Positions 1 to 8,896 of a DNA stretch of 64,000 nt are shown one piece after another; within the stretch, counting starts at the first letter, position 1; each line of letters opens with the position of its first letter. The notes below the pieces were generated by a model. That model was not told the DNA's origin and searched no databases. It saw nothing but the letters and a program-made list of their open reading frames with translations. Both the position numbers and the translations under genes were made by a program. The stretch is from an uncultured archaeon (GTDB lineage Archaea > Iainarchaeota > Iainarchaeia > Iainarchaeales > VGJJ01): NCBI GenBank assembly GCA_964480705.1, contig CAYZPC010000002.1, forward strand, positions 22,254 through 86,253, given 5' to 3'.

Positions 1-1
1 G

Positions 2-126
2 CGCATGGAACAATTGAGTAAAGATGTTGTTGAAACGAAGGCATTGGCGTTGGCCTTGCAATCTTTGTTGCAGAAAATTTTGGAGACGAATCAGCAATTG
101 TTGTTCGAGATGAAGAACAAGAAGTG
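2..126 (+). CDS. 3' end of an upstream ORF (partial; coiled-coil-like C-terminus), function unknown
   Basis: Open frame from window edge to TGA at 124-126 (...LLQKILETNQQLLFEMKNKK*); no start inside window. Confidence 0.25.
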
Positions 127-127
127 A

Positions 128-634
128 TTGATGATGCCTCAGCCAAAACGCGTGAGAGTTTTTTCAAGAACTCCAACCAATGGAGTGGCAGTGGACAAAG
201 TGATTTATGAAGGCCCTGAAAGAAGAAAAGTTTCCGCGCAAAATGTTTGGTCGGGTCGCCGTTCGGCTAGTGGATGGAGGAAAATGAAATTAAGCGATGT
301 AGAGCGCTATCTTCCTGAGGCGGCAAAACAGCAAGCTGAAAAATCAGCTAAACAAATTAATGAAATTGTTGAAAAGTTGAAAAGCCGACACGGGACAAAC
401 ACTGGTAAAATTACGGGAGAATTAATTAGGAGAGTGGGCCAGAGTAATGTTGCCAAAGATGGAGATATTTTTGTCGGAATTTACGTGGGAAAAGGAGGAG
501 CTGTTCTTGCCAATTCGGCCCCAATGTTTTTTTCAATTGTTTACAATCCATTCATAAATAAGTTTTTTTTTCAAACCACGCGGCGAAGAAATGGTTTTCA
601 CACGGAAGAAATTCACCGCGCGCATGAAGGGTAA
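128..634 (+). CDS. hypothetical protein (168 aa)
   Basis: ORF track; starts ATGATGATG immediately after the preceding stop; no recognisable family motif. Confidence 0.4.
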   Translation: MMMPQPKRVRVFSRTPTNGVAVDKVIYEGPERRKVSAQNVWSGRRSASGWRKMKLSDVERYLPEAAKQQAEKSAKQINEIVEKLKSRHGTNTGKITGELIRRVGQSNVAKDGDIFVGIYVGKGGAVLANSAPMFFSIVYNPFINKFFFQTTRRRNGFHTEEIHRAHEG

Positions 635-1048
635 TTATTTGCTGAACAGTTTTCCCAAACCATCGAGTATTTTGTTGGCGGTGTCGCTCAAGAATATTCC
701 AACATTTTTTTCTTTGGGTTTCCACACAAAGTTTGCGGCATCCGCGTATGATTTTGCTTTCGCGGGAACCATTGCTTCGTTTACTTTTTCCATCGCGGCT
801 TTTCCAACGGAATCATAAAATTTAGCGGGATATTTTCCGGTGACTTTTTCGGCTTCTCCTAATTCTCCGGCGTAAATATCCTTTGTTTTTTTCACCGCGC
901 CCTTAATTCCGCGTGACGTGGAGCGTGCGACGAATGCAAATGAGTACGCGAGCAGAGTGAGTGCGGCGAGAATAATCCAAAACACTTGGCCCGTGTTAAA
1001 TAGGATGAATATGAACACGAGCAAAATGACTAATGTAACGGGGCGCAT
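635..1048 (-). CDS. small membrane protein (2 predicted N-terminal TM helices + soluble Lys-rich domain)
   Basis: ORF track; hydrophobic N-terminus MRPVTLVILLVFIFILF...WIILAALTLLAY. Confidence 0.45.
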   Translation of the reverse strand: MRPVTLVILLVFIFILFNTGQVFWIILAALTLLAYSFAFVARSTSRGIKGAVKKTKDIYAGELGEAEKVTGKYPAKFYDSVGKAAMEKVNEAMVPAKAKSYADAANFVWKPKEKNVGIFLSDTANKILDGLGKLFSK

Positions 1049-1399
1049 TCAATATCCCCCCATTCCACCCATGCCGCCCATTCCTCCGCCGGGTCCACCG
1101 AGTCCTTGCAGCGCGGCCATCATATCAGGGCTCATTCCCCCGGGTTGTTCTTCCGAGGGTTTGACTCCAATGAAGTAGGCAAGTGCGGTGAGTGCGATGG
1201 CAATATACAACACTTCTCCCTGCAGGTCGCTTCCCATGATGAAAAACACGACCCCTGTAACCAGTGTGAGTAAAATTCCCGATACGGAGCGTAAGCTAAT
1301 CAGGAGAAAAATAATGACGGCGAGTGCGGCCCAGAGTATTTGGTATTGCACCGCGAACGCGAGCATGAAAATGGCAACCAAATAGGTGAATGTGTCCAT
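1049..1399 (-). CDS. small membrane protein with C-terminal Gly-Met repeat tail (GGMGGMGGMGGY)
   Basis: ORF track; 3 hydrophobic segments then PGGGMGGMGGMGGY tail. Confidence 0.45.
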   Translation of the reverse strand: MDTFTYLVAIFMLAFAVQYQILWAALAVIIFLLISLRSVSGILLTLVTGVVFFIMGSDLQGEVLYIAIALTALAYFIGVKPSEEQPGGMSPDMMAALQGLGGPGGGMGGMGGMGGY

Positions 1400-1421
1400 G
1401 CGTGCATCTTTTCGTCAACAA

Positions 1422-1667
1422 TTACTTGTCGAACGCTCCAATTTTTTGAAAAATATCCTTTCCGAATGTGGCGAACGCCCACAATCCCACGAGTGCCCAT
1501 ACGAGTTCGGGAAACTGGTAGAATGTCAAAAACATAATCACAATCGCCGTGACGAGTGCGAGCTTTGCACTGCCCACATTTCCTTTAGCCCAGTTGTATA
1601 TCCAAATGAAAATGAAGATAGTCACCGCTAAGTGAATGTTTTCCCACAATGCATTGTAGAGGAGCAT
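1422..1667 (-). CDS. small membrane protein (81 aa, 2 TM)
   Basis: ORF track; highly hydrophobic; weak support. Confidence 0.35.
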   Translation of the reverse strand: MLLYNALWENIHLAVTIFIFIWIYNWAKGNVGSAKLALVTAIVIMFLTFYQFPELVWALVGLWAFATFGKDIFQKIGAFDK

Positions 1668-1765
1668 ACGCAGTATTTCGAACCAGAACCCCTATTTAAG
1701 GGACGCGTTCGCGGGGTGAAATAGTTTGTGCCAAAATAGCCATTCACGCGTTATGGGTTTGCGTA

Positions 1766-3340
1766 TTACTGATCATACACTCGTCCGAGGATTTTTTGCT
1801 GGTGTCTAAACCATGCGTCCTTGGATAGTGCATTTCCCGTGGGAGTGGGGTATTTTCCATTTAGGCAGGCCATGCAGAGCTGCGTGTTTGGCAGACGGAG
1901 CGCGCGAATCAAACCATCCATGCTTTGGTAGCGCAGCGAGTCGGTGCCCAATTCGTTGGAAATGCGCGCGGTTTCTTCATCATTTAGAGTGATGCGCGTG
2001 CGTTCATCGTGTTGGGCAGCGTGTTTGGCAGCGATGAGTTCTCCAAACGTCGTCATGTCAATGCCATAAAAGCACGGGTTGAGAATGGGCGGGCAAGAGA
2101 TGCGTGCGTGCACGCTCAATGCGTTTCCTTCTTCTTTGAGTTTAAGCACGAGTTCGCGCAGGGTGCTTCCTCTCACCACCGAGTCTTCGACTAAAATAAC
2201 ATTTTTTCCATCGATGGCGCTTTTATTTATAGTAAATTTTTCTTTTACTTTGTCCTGCCACTTTCCTCCTTCAATGAATGTTCGTCCAACATACCGGTTG
2301 CGCAGCAGTCCTTCTTTGGCAGGAATTTGGAGTGTGAATGCATACGCGTCCGCGGCGGGTTTGCTCGTGTCGGGGACATTCACCACGACAAAATCGCTTG
2401 CACGGGTTGAGAGTGTTTCCGCGCGCGCCAATTCTTCTCCCAACCTCCAGCGAACATCATACACGTTGCTTCCCTGAATGACGCTTCCGGCGGATGCAAA
2501 ATACACCCATTCGAACATGCAGTGGGAAATGGTTTGCGTCGATGCGGCAAATCGTGAACGAATGAGTTTGTTTTCATGCACGCGAATCATTTCGCCCGGA
2601 TTCATATCTTTGATGCCGCTTTTGACAAAGGGATGGATGGCCACGCTCTCACTCGCGGCGAGGAAAAAATCATCCGTGTCCACGTAAACCAGCGGCTTGA
2701 ATCCGTGTTTGTCGCGCACGACACATAATTCTCCTTTCGCGTTGAGGAAAGTAATATTGTATGCGCCGTCCGCTTGCTGCGCGAGCCCTGCGAAGGCATT
2801 TTCTAATGAGTTGGGGGAGTCCGTTCCAAGATAGTGTGCGATGGTGTGCATCAGCACTTCTGTGTCCGTGTTTGATTTGAAGTGGTAATCTTTTGTTTTC
2901 AAATCCACTCGAATGTCCGGCGCATTCGCCACGTTTCCATTGAATGCAAATGCGAACCATTTCCATAATCGCGAGTGCACGCGTTCATAGGGTTGCGCGT
3001 CCTCACAACCGACGGTGCCACTCGTGGCATAGCGTGTGTGTCCGATTCCAATTCTTCCCGAGTGCGTGTCGAATAATTTTTGGGCTTTTTCTTCATCGCT
3101 GAGTTGAAAAACTTCATTCACGAGGCCGTTGGCTTTGTATGTTTTCAGACGCTCTGATTGAGCGTCATCAAAAATAGTAAATCCCGCAGAGAGTTGTCCG
3201 CGGTGCTGCAACTGAAGGAGCATTTTTTGGAGAAAAAAGAGTGCGCCTCCTTTGGGGTAGTGGGAGAGGTCTTTTTTCAAATACACGGCAGCCACGCCGC
3301 ATTCTTCTTTTGGTTTGTCGGAAAGAATGGGGAGTGCCAT
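1766..3340 (-). CDS. purF: amidophosphoribosyltransferase (glutamine PRPP amidotransferase)
   Basis: N-terminal Cys nucleophile (EECGVAAVY), GIGHTRYATSG class-II GATase motif, PRTase motif VILVEDSVVRGST, C-terminal Cys cluster. Confidence 0.9.
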   Translation of the reverse strand: MALPILSDKPKEECGVAAVYLKKDLSHYPKGGALFFLQKMLLQLQHRGQLSAGFTIFDDAQSERLKTYKANGLVNEVFQLSDEEKAQKLFDTHSGRIGIGHTRYATSGTVGCEDAQPYERVHSRLWKWFAFAFNGNVANAPDIRVDLKTKDYHFKSNTDTEVLMHTIAHYLGTDSPNSLENAFAGLAQQADGAYNITFLNAKGELCVVRDKHGFKPLVYVDTDDFFLAASESVAIHPFVKSGIKDMNPGEMIRVHENKLIRSRFAASTQTISHCMFEWVYFASAGSVIQGSNVYDVRWRLGEELARAETLSTRASDFVVVNVPDTSKPAADAYAFTLQIPAKEGLLRNRYVGRTFIEGGKWQDKVKEKFTINKSAIDGKNVILVEDSVVRGSTLRELVLKLKEEGNALSVHARISCPPILNPCFYGIDMTTFGELIAAKHAAQHDERTRITLNDEETARISNELGTDSLRYQSMDGLIRALRLPNTQLCMACLNGKYPTPTGNALSKDAWFRHQQKILGRVYDQ

Positions 3341-3425
3341 ACCCTATGACAGTCTCGTGGATACTTAATCGTTGCTTCCGCGGTAAAATAAAGTAAAAAA
3401 AAGAGAAATAATGGGAGCGGGGCGA

Positions 3426-4163
3426 TTAGTTTCGTTCGCCGCCGCCGAGTCCGGCCGCTTCTTCTAATCGGTTGCGTCGGCCGCGGAACTCTCTGCGTTT
3501 GCGTTTTTGTCCTTGGTCTTCGGATTCTCCGTCTTTTAACGGATATTCGAATTCTTCCAGGGTTTTAGGAAATGCTTCGTCATTGGGAATGTTTCCCGTG
3601 ACTTTCAAATATTCTTTGGCGAGCAACCAATAGACTAATGCTAATGATTTTCGTCCCTTGTTGTTGATGGGGATGGCAATGTCGATGTTGGCCAACGAGT
3701 TGTTAGTAGAGGCGAGGGCCACGACCACGGCTTTGGCGCGTGCGGCTTCAGCGATGGCTTGGGCATCGGATTCAGGTTCGGTAATGATAACTACTTTCGG
3801 CTGGATGAATTCTTTTCCTTGAGGGTTGGTGAATGTTCCAGGAACGAATCGTCCGGTGAGTGAGAGTGCTCCAATGGCTTTGGCGAATTCTTCCGCGGGT
3901 GTTTTTCCGTACACTTTTCGGGAGACAATCACAATGGATTTGGGTGAATATTTGGACAAAAATTGGGCAACTTGTTTCACGCGTTCGTCAATGACTTGGA
4001 CGTCTAAGACTTTCAATCCGTCTTTGCGCTGCTTGTAAATGTATCGCGCCATGTCTCCTGATTTGAAGCGTGTTCCGATGTGCGCTCCCGTGGTGAGATA
4101 TTTTTCAATCACTGGATTGGTGGCAACCACTTGTTGTGTGTTTTCGTCGGTTTTTTCACTCAT
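3426..4163 (-). CDS. rps2: 30S ribosomal protein uS2, with ~30-aa charged C-terminal tail
   Basis: YLTTGAHIGTRF..., GLKVLDVQ, canonical uS2 core; terminal position of the alpha/L13 operon. Confidence 0.9.
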   Translation of the reverse strand: MSEKTDENTQQVVATNPVIEKYLTTGAHIGTRFKSGDMARYIYKQRKDGLKVLDVQVIDERVKQVAQFLSKYSPKSIVIVSRKVYGKTPAEEFAKAIGALSLTGRFVPGTFTNPQGKEFIQPKVVIITEPESDAQAIAEAARAKAVVVALASTNNSLANIDIAIPINNKGRKSLALVYWLLAKEYLKVTGNIPNDEAFPKTLEEFEYPLKDGESEDQGQKRKRREFRGRRNRLEEAAGLGGGERN

Positions 4164-4187
4164 ATTTTTCCCTCATTTTTTTCTTCG

Positions 4188-4382
4188 TTAAACGTTATAC
4201 TTTAGCACGTCGTCCATGACATCCACGTGTGCGAGGAGCATGCGTCGGCAGCAATAGCGCGTGATTCCCAATGTTTGGAAGATTTCGTCCATTTTTTCCC
4301 CTTTCTTTAATCGATTTTTCATCTCTTCGTAGTGGCCCGCAATGGGTTTTCCGCATGAAAAGCATCGGACAGGGATTATCAT
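4188..4382 (-). CDS. rpoN: DNA-directed RNA polymerase subunit N (Rpo10)
   Basis: MIIPVRCFSCGKPI...YCCRRM zinc-binding signature, 64 aa. Confidence 0.9.
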   Translation of the reverse strand: MIIPVRCFSCGKPIAGHYEEMKNRLKKGEKMDEIFQTLGITRYCCRRMLLAHVDVMDDVLKYNV

Positions 4383-4408
4383 GGTTGTTTTCCTCCGTTT
4401 TCTCCAGG

Positions 4409-4825
4409 TTATCGTTTCGAGTGCTGCTTTCGCTTACGCGCTTTGGGTCCCAAGGGTTTCTTTGGTTCCACGCGCCGGGGGTCATCCACCAACAGCATTC
4501 GATCGTATTCAATGTATCGTTTGCGCAATTTTTCGTCTCCGGTAAATTCGACGAGAGACTTGGCAATAGCCCCGCGCGCAGCGATGGCTTGTGACATGGC
4601 TCCGGATCCGGCAACATTCACAGAGATGTTGACTCCCTGCGCGGCGTCTCCCGCAAGGTGGATGGGTTCCATCATTAATGCTTTCAGTTGAGCGGGCTCA
4701 ATGAGGTTGATGTTGCGTGAGTTAATGCGCACCACTCCTTTTCCCACGCGAATCGTGGCTTGGGCGGTGGCCTCTTTCTTTTTGGCTTTGAATAGGGTTT
4801 GTTTCTTTCGTTTGGCCATAATCAT
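4409..4825 (-). CDS. rps9: 30S ribosomal protein uS9
   Basis: GKGVVRINSRNINLIEP...LVDDPRRVEPKKP...KRKQHSKR uS9 C-terminus. Confidence 0.9.
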   Translation of the reverse strand: MIMAKRKKQTLFKAKKKEATAQATIRVGKGVVRINSRNINLIEPAQLKALMMEPIHLAGDAAQGVNISVNVAGSGAMSQAIAARGAIAKSLVEFTGDEKLRKRYIEYDRMLLVDDPRRVEPKKPLGPKARKRKQHSKR

Positions 4826-5316
4826 TACTCCTTGATCTCATTGTATCCTAATGCGCGGGCGAGGGATAACACGGTAGTAACGCCCTTTGTTTTGGAGTTT
4901 TTGGCTTCTTCGAGTGCTTTGAAGGGTTTTCCTTCTAACACAGCGGGCTTTCCAATATACACTCGCAAGCGGCGCATGGCTTCTACTCCGCGTTCGCGGC
5001 GGTGGGGAACCATTCCTTCAATAATTTCTCGCACGATGCGATCGGGCATTCGTGAGAAGCGGGGTCCTGTTTCAGGGTTTCCGCGTGGGCGTAAATCTAA
5101 GCGTGTCTGCCAAAGTTTTTGGAGAACGACGGGGTTTCCGGTGAACACGGCTTTTTCGGCGTGGGCAATCACAACGGTTTCTCCGAGCAATAATTTTTCA
5201 GCCACGAGACTGGCCATGCGTCCAACGATTAAGTTGTTGGCGTCCACGTAAATGGTTTCGCGCGCAGTCATTTTAGCGGGAGTTGTTTTTTTGGAAGGTT
5301 TTTTGGTCGTTGACAT
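4825..5316 (-). CDS. rpl13: 50S ribosomal protein uL13 (start chosen at internal Met MSTTKK; long ORF extends to 5382)
   Basis: ETIYVDANNLIVGRMASLVAEKLL uL13 motif; MSTTKK ATG directly abuts eL18 stop at 5319. Confidence 0.85.
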   Translation of the reverse strand: MSTTKKPSKKTTPAKMTARETIYVDANNLIVGRMASLVAEKLLLGETVVIAHAEKAVFTGNPVVLQKLWQTRLDLRPRGNPETGPRFSRMPDRIVREIIEGMVPHRRERGVEAMRRLRVYIGKPAVLEGKPFKALEEAKNSKTKGVTTVLSLARALGYNEIKE

Positions 5317-5318
5317 AT

Positions 5319-5687
5319 TTATTTCACCAGAATCATTTTGTTGGCAGGCACGTTGTGCTTGACGAGGTCTTCTAATGTCCATGCTTTTCCTTTCGCTGCT
5401 TCAATTTTTTGTTTAGCGGTTTGGGAAAATGCGAAGGCGGCGATGTGCACGCTGGATGTGATTTCTCCGTTGGATAAAACTTTTCCGGGAACCACGAGGA
5501 CTTTGTCCTTGTAGGTTTCGCTCATCTTGTTTAAGTGTGACACGCTCACTTGAGTCCGTTCACGGGTGGACATTCCCATCATGTCAGAGAGCAAGCGGTA
5601 AACGTCTTGTTTGCTTGACTTTCCATATTTGTCTAATTGCACGACGAGGTCGCGTGTTCGGGTGTTGGTGGGTCCGGTTCGTTTCAT
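5319..5687 (-). CDS. rpl18e: 50S ribosomal protein eL18 (L18e)
   Basis: VLVVPGKVLSNGEI...VHIAAFAFSQTAKQKIEAAKG matches L18e family. Confidence 0.85.
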   Translation of the reverse strand: MKRTGPTNTRTRDLVVQLDKYGKSSKQDVYRLLSDMMGMSTRERTQVSVSHLNKMSETYKDKVLVVPGKVLSNGEITSSVHIAAFAFSQTAKQKIEAAKGKAWTLEDLVKHNVPANKMILVK

Positions 5688-5787
5688 AATGATCAGTTTT
5701 GGCTTTTTGCGTTTTTTTGTTTTTTGTTTTCCCGTTTTTCTTTTTGACTGGGCGATTTTTTGATTGAACTTTTTTTGAAAAAGTTCA

Positions 5788-5871
5788 TGCAGGAGACAGG
5801 ATTCGAACCTGTGAAGGCACTAAGCCACGGGATCTTAAGTCCCGCCCCTTTGACCGCTCGGGAACTCCTGC
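5788..5871 (-). tRNA. tRNA-Leu (anticodon UAA), class II long variable arm, no encoded CCA
   Basis: Minus-strand read GCAGGAG-TT-CCCGAGCGGTCAAAGGG-G-CGGGA-CTTAAGA-TCCCG-[TGGCTTAGTGCCTTC]-ACAGG-TTCGAAT-CCTGT-CTCCTGC-A; 7-bp acceptor, 5-bp anticodon stem, TAA anticodon, G37. Confidence 0.85.
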
Positions 5872-5928
5872 TGCTTTTTAGCAAAAGGGTTGCGATGCGA
5901 TTAAGAAGCCTCCTTTTTTACGCGTTTT

Positions 5929-6720
5929 TTAGAGCCCCTCCTTGATTTGTTCAGTAAATTCATCTGCTTTTTGTGCGATTATTTCGCATGCTTGGTGGAG
6001 GATTTCCTTAGTGGAGAGTGCGCCGGTGGATTCCATCATGAGGATGAATCCGGTGTCGTCGGCATCCACTTGGATGTTTTGGCTTCCTCCGATTTCTTCG
6101 CAGGCACCGCAGAGTGTACAATCCGCTTCTTGCGTGATGGAGAGTTTCTTTCCTTTTGTTTCAATGATTTTGACGGGGCAGCTGGCGACAATTTTTTGCA
6201 TCATTTCGGAGCTGATTTCATCATTAATCGTGAACACGGGCAGTGCTCTAAATCCAATCATGCAGGGTTGGAATTTGGCGTGGTCTTTTCCGGTTCCCAC
6301 CACAGCTTCTCCTTCAATTCGGATGCGTTGGTCGGCTTTAAGTTTTGTCAATGGAATTTTTTTGTCTAACACATCGACAACCGTGTCGTCGAATTTGATT
6401 TCGGAAGAGTAGATGGTTCCCGGTCCGGACACATCAATGGTGAACTTTGCTTTGTCTCCGAGTTTGAATCCTTTTGAATCCATTTTGATGGGGATGAGTC
6501 CCAATCGGTGTCCTAAGAATTCATCGAATAACACGCCATTGTTTTCGTAAATGCCCAATTCTTCTATTGCGAGGACGGGGACTTCGCTCATAGCCGTGCG
6601 TCGGATTGCATTGATGGTGGCGGTGGTCGTGCCTTTAATCAAAATGTGGGCGGTATTGCCCTTGTCTTGAAGCACTTTCACTGCATTTCGAGCCATGTGT
6701 GTTCCTCCTTTTTTCCTCAT
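5929..6720 (-). CDS. rpoD: DNA-directed RNA polymerase subunit D (Rpo3), with C-terminal Cys-rich (Fe-S-like) insertion
   Basis: Position after uS11; ...ILIKGTTTATINAIRR...GLIP...; CTLCGACEE cysteine cluster. Confidence 0.9.
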   Translation of the reverse strand: MRKKGGTHMARNAVKVLQDKGNTAHILIKGTTTATINAIRRTAMSEVPVLAIEELGIYENNGVLFDEFLGHRLGLIPIKMDSKGFKLGDKAKFTIDVSGPGTIYSSEIKFDDTVVDVLDKKIPLTKLKADQRIRIEGEAVVGTGKDHAKFQPCMIGFRALPVFTINDEISSEMMQKIVASCPVKIIETKGKKLSITQEADCTLCGACEEIGGSQNIQVDADDTGFILMMESTGALSTKEILHQACEIIAQKADEFTEQIKEGL

Positions 6721-6760
6721 CTTTTTGATTTTTTGATCAAACTTTTTTCAAAAAAGTTTG

Positions 6761-7156
6761 TTAGACTTTCTTACTCCGATGTTTCTTTTTCTTTCGTGTT
6801 CCATCGTGGGGCGTCGGTGTGACGTTTTCGATAGACACAATGCGAATTCCATTTCGTGTCAGGCTTCGAATCGCGGCTTCGGCACCTTGTCCGGGGTTTC
6901 GCGGTCGAATTCCACCTTTTGCGCGGACGCGGACGTGAACCATGGACACGCCTTTTTCGCGTGCCTTTTGGGCAATCGTTTCGGCGATTTTCATAGCCGC
7001 ATACGGACTTCCTTCTTTGTGTTGTGTTTTTACGACAACTCCACCGGAGCACTTGGCGAGTGTTTCTGCTCCCGTCAAGTCGGTGAGTAACATGATGGTG
7101 TTGTTGTGCGTCGCGAAAATGTGCACCAATCCTACTTTGGTATCTTTGTCAGCCAT
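6761..7156 (-). CDS. rps11: 30S ribosomal protein uS11
   Basis: GLVHIFATHNNTIMLLTDLTG...GSPYAAM uS11 core. Confidence 0.9.
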   Translation of the reverse strand: MADKDTKVGLVHIFATHNNTIMLLTDLTGAETLAKCSGGVVVKTQHKEGSPYAAMKIAETIAQKAREKGVSMVHVRVRAKGGIRPRNPGQGAEAAIRSLTRNGIRIVSIENVTPTPHDGTRKKKKHRSKKV

Positions 7157-7162
7157 GGTGAA

Positions 7163-7816
7163 TCACTTTCCCTCCGCTTGAGCTTCGCGAACAGCTTCGG
7201 CGGCATCGGGGGTTTCAGGGGCTTCGTCGGTTTCTCCGGCGAGTTTTCCTTCAGTTCCTGTTGGCTCGCCTCGCATTTCGGCGAAGTCTTTGGCGATTTG
7301 TTTGGTGTCTTTCAACTGTTGTTGAGGTGTTTTCAGCACCATGGGCTTTCCATGATAGGCAATGCTCGCTTCTTCGTCTTTCGTGACAAAGTAAGAGGGC
7401 ACGGTGACCTTTGTTCCATTCACGGAGATGTGTCCGTGCGTGATGAATTGTCGCGATTGTTTAATCGTGTTCGCGAGATTCTTGCGCCACACAATCGTTT
7501 GCAATCGTCTTTCGAGGAATGATTCTAAACTCAATGAGAGCACGTCTTGGAGCGTGGGCTTTCCGCGCATGACTCCTAATCGTACGAGTGAGTCGAGCAA
7601 TTCTTTTTCTTTTGCCGCGCGGTTTTCCAATGGAATAGCTAACACTTGCTTGGCGTTGCGTCGCTTTCCTCGGACAATGGCTTCCATACTTCGGATTTCG
7701 CGCTTGTTACGCAAACCATATGTCTCGCGGAGCGTCTTTTCAGTCTCTAAGAGCTTCTTATCCCAAGGCTTCTTGGGGGTTCCATATTTTTTTCGTGCGA
7801 ATTTTGGGTCACCCAT
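7163..7816 (-). CDS. rps4: 30S ribosomal protein uS4, with acidic C-terminal tail
   Basis: MGDPKFARKKYGTPKKPWDK..., S4 RNA-binding domain FITHGHISVNG. Confidence 0.9.
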   Translation of the reverse strand: MGDPKFARKKYGTPKKPWDKKLLETEKTLRETYGLRNKREIRSMEAIVRGKRRNAKQVLAIPLENRAAKEKELLDSLVRLGVMRGKPTLQDVLSLSLESFLERRLQTIVWRKNLANTIKQSRQFITHGHISVNGTKVTVPSYFVTKDEEASIAYHGKPMVLKTPQQQLKDTKQIAKDFAEMRGEPTGTEGKLAGETDEAPETPDAAEAVREAQAEGK

Positions 7817-7828
7817 AATTGTTCACCT

Positions 7829-8320
7829 TTACTTTTTGGCCTCTGCTTTGGGGGCAGGCTTTGCTTCGACTTTCTTTTCGACGCCGACTGTCTTTCCTTT
7901 GCTTCGTCCGGCCGTGCGTGTGCGTTGTCCTCGTACCGTGAGTCCGAGCGCGTGGCGCAATCCTTTGTATGATTTGAGTTTCTTCATCGTCTGCAAATCA
8001 TTTCGAATAGCAAAATCGAGATCGTTCATCACCATGTGAGTGGGTTTTCCATCCATGGCTTTGCTTCGGTTAGCCGTCCACGTGGGGAGTCCGTGTTTTT
8101 GGGGCGCGAGCACAATGGCTTCGAGTTGCGCATCCATGTTTTCGGGTAATTGTCCTAAGGGCAAATCGTACGCGATGTGGTGTTCTTTTTGGAATTGGTA
8201 CGCAATCATGCGTGCCATTCGGATTCCCACGCCTTTGATTCCTGTCAAAGCGCGATAGATGGGAATGCTTCCATTCAAGTCTTTGTTGGCAATACGAACA
8301 ATGTATCTTACTTCAGCCAT
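7829..8320 (-). CDS. rps13: 30S ribosomal protein uS13
   Basis: IVRIANKDLNGS...ALTGIKGVGIRMA...GLRHALGLTVRGQRTRT. Confidence 0.9.
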   Translation of the reverse strand: MAEVRYIVRIANKDLNGSIPIYRALTGIKGVGIRMARMIAYQFQKEHHIAYDLPLGQLPENMDAQLEAIVLAPQKHGLPTWTANRSKAMDGKPTHMVMNDLDFAIRNDLQTMKKLKSYKGLRHALGLTVRGQRTRTAGRSKGKTVGVEKKVEAKPAPKAEAKK

Positions 8321-8322
8321 GT

Positions 8323-8556
8323 TTATTCACCCTTTCCTAATGCTTTTGTCAAGTCTGCGCGCGTGTAGCCGCTGGATAATGATACTGTTTCCGTTGTCGG
8401 GAGCAAGTGGTTCACGTTGCATTTTCCTTTTTTAGTGAAGATTCCTTCCACGATTGCAAATCCGTTTTTGGCGTTTTCGACGACGACTACTTTCTTTCCC
8501 GCGTCGCGGCCGGTTGTTTTGTAGCAAACTCTTCCTGTAGTAAAAATGGCTGCCAT
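8323..8556 (-). CDS. rpl14e: 50S ribosomal protein eL14 (L14e, KOW)
   Basis: GRVCYKTTGRDAGKKVVVV...KGKCNVNHLLPT similar to L14e. Confidence 0.8.
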   Translation of the reverse strand: MAAIFTTGRVCYKTTGRDAGKKVVVVENAKNGFAIVEGIFTKKGKCNVNHLLPTTETVSLSSGYTRADLTKALGKGE

Positions 8557-8557
8557 G

Positions 8558-8896
8558 TTATTTCACCTGCTTCTCGATTTGAGCTAAATAGGGTCGAATA
8601 GAAATTTTGGTATCAACCATTTTTTTGACGCCGGCTTTGACTTTAGCCATTTCCACGACGAGCATTCGTTTGCACGTGTTACAAACAATTCCGCCCAACA
8701 TTCCTGTGGGTCTGCGTTGTGATTTTGCTTGTTTGGCCATGCGTGAGCGGTTGGCTCCGTGGGCTACTCCGTGCAGTACGCTTTTGCAGATAGCGCAGCG
8801 GAGTTTCTTGTGTTTCTTTCCTTTAGTCACCATGCGGGTGGCTTTAGCAGTTCGTCGGAAGCCGCGGAGTTTTCGTCGTTCGGATTTATTGGGCAT
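8558..8896 (-). CDS. rpl34e: 50S ribosomal protein eL34 (L34e)
   Basis: Basic N-terminus, zinc-ribbon CAICKS...CNTC. Confidence 0.85.
   Translation of the reverse strand: MPNKSERRKLRGFRRTAKATRMVTKGKKHKKLRCAICKSVLHGVAHGANRSRMAKQAKSQRRPTGMLGGIVCNTCKRMLVVEMAKVKAGVKKMVDTKISIRPYLAQIEKQVK

Noticed and set aside
5693-5884. 63-aa ORF in the track between eL18 and rpoD
   Set aside because: Fully overlaps the well-formed tRNA-Leu(UAA) on the same strand; spurious.
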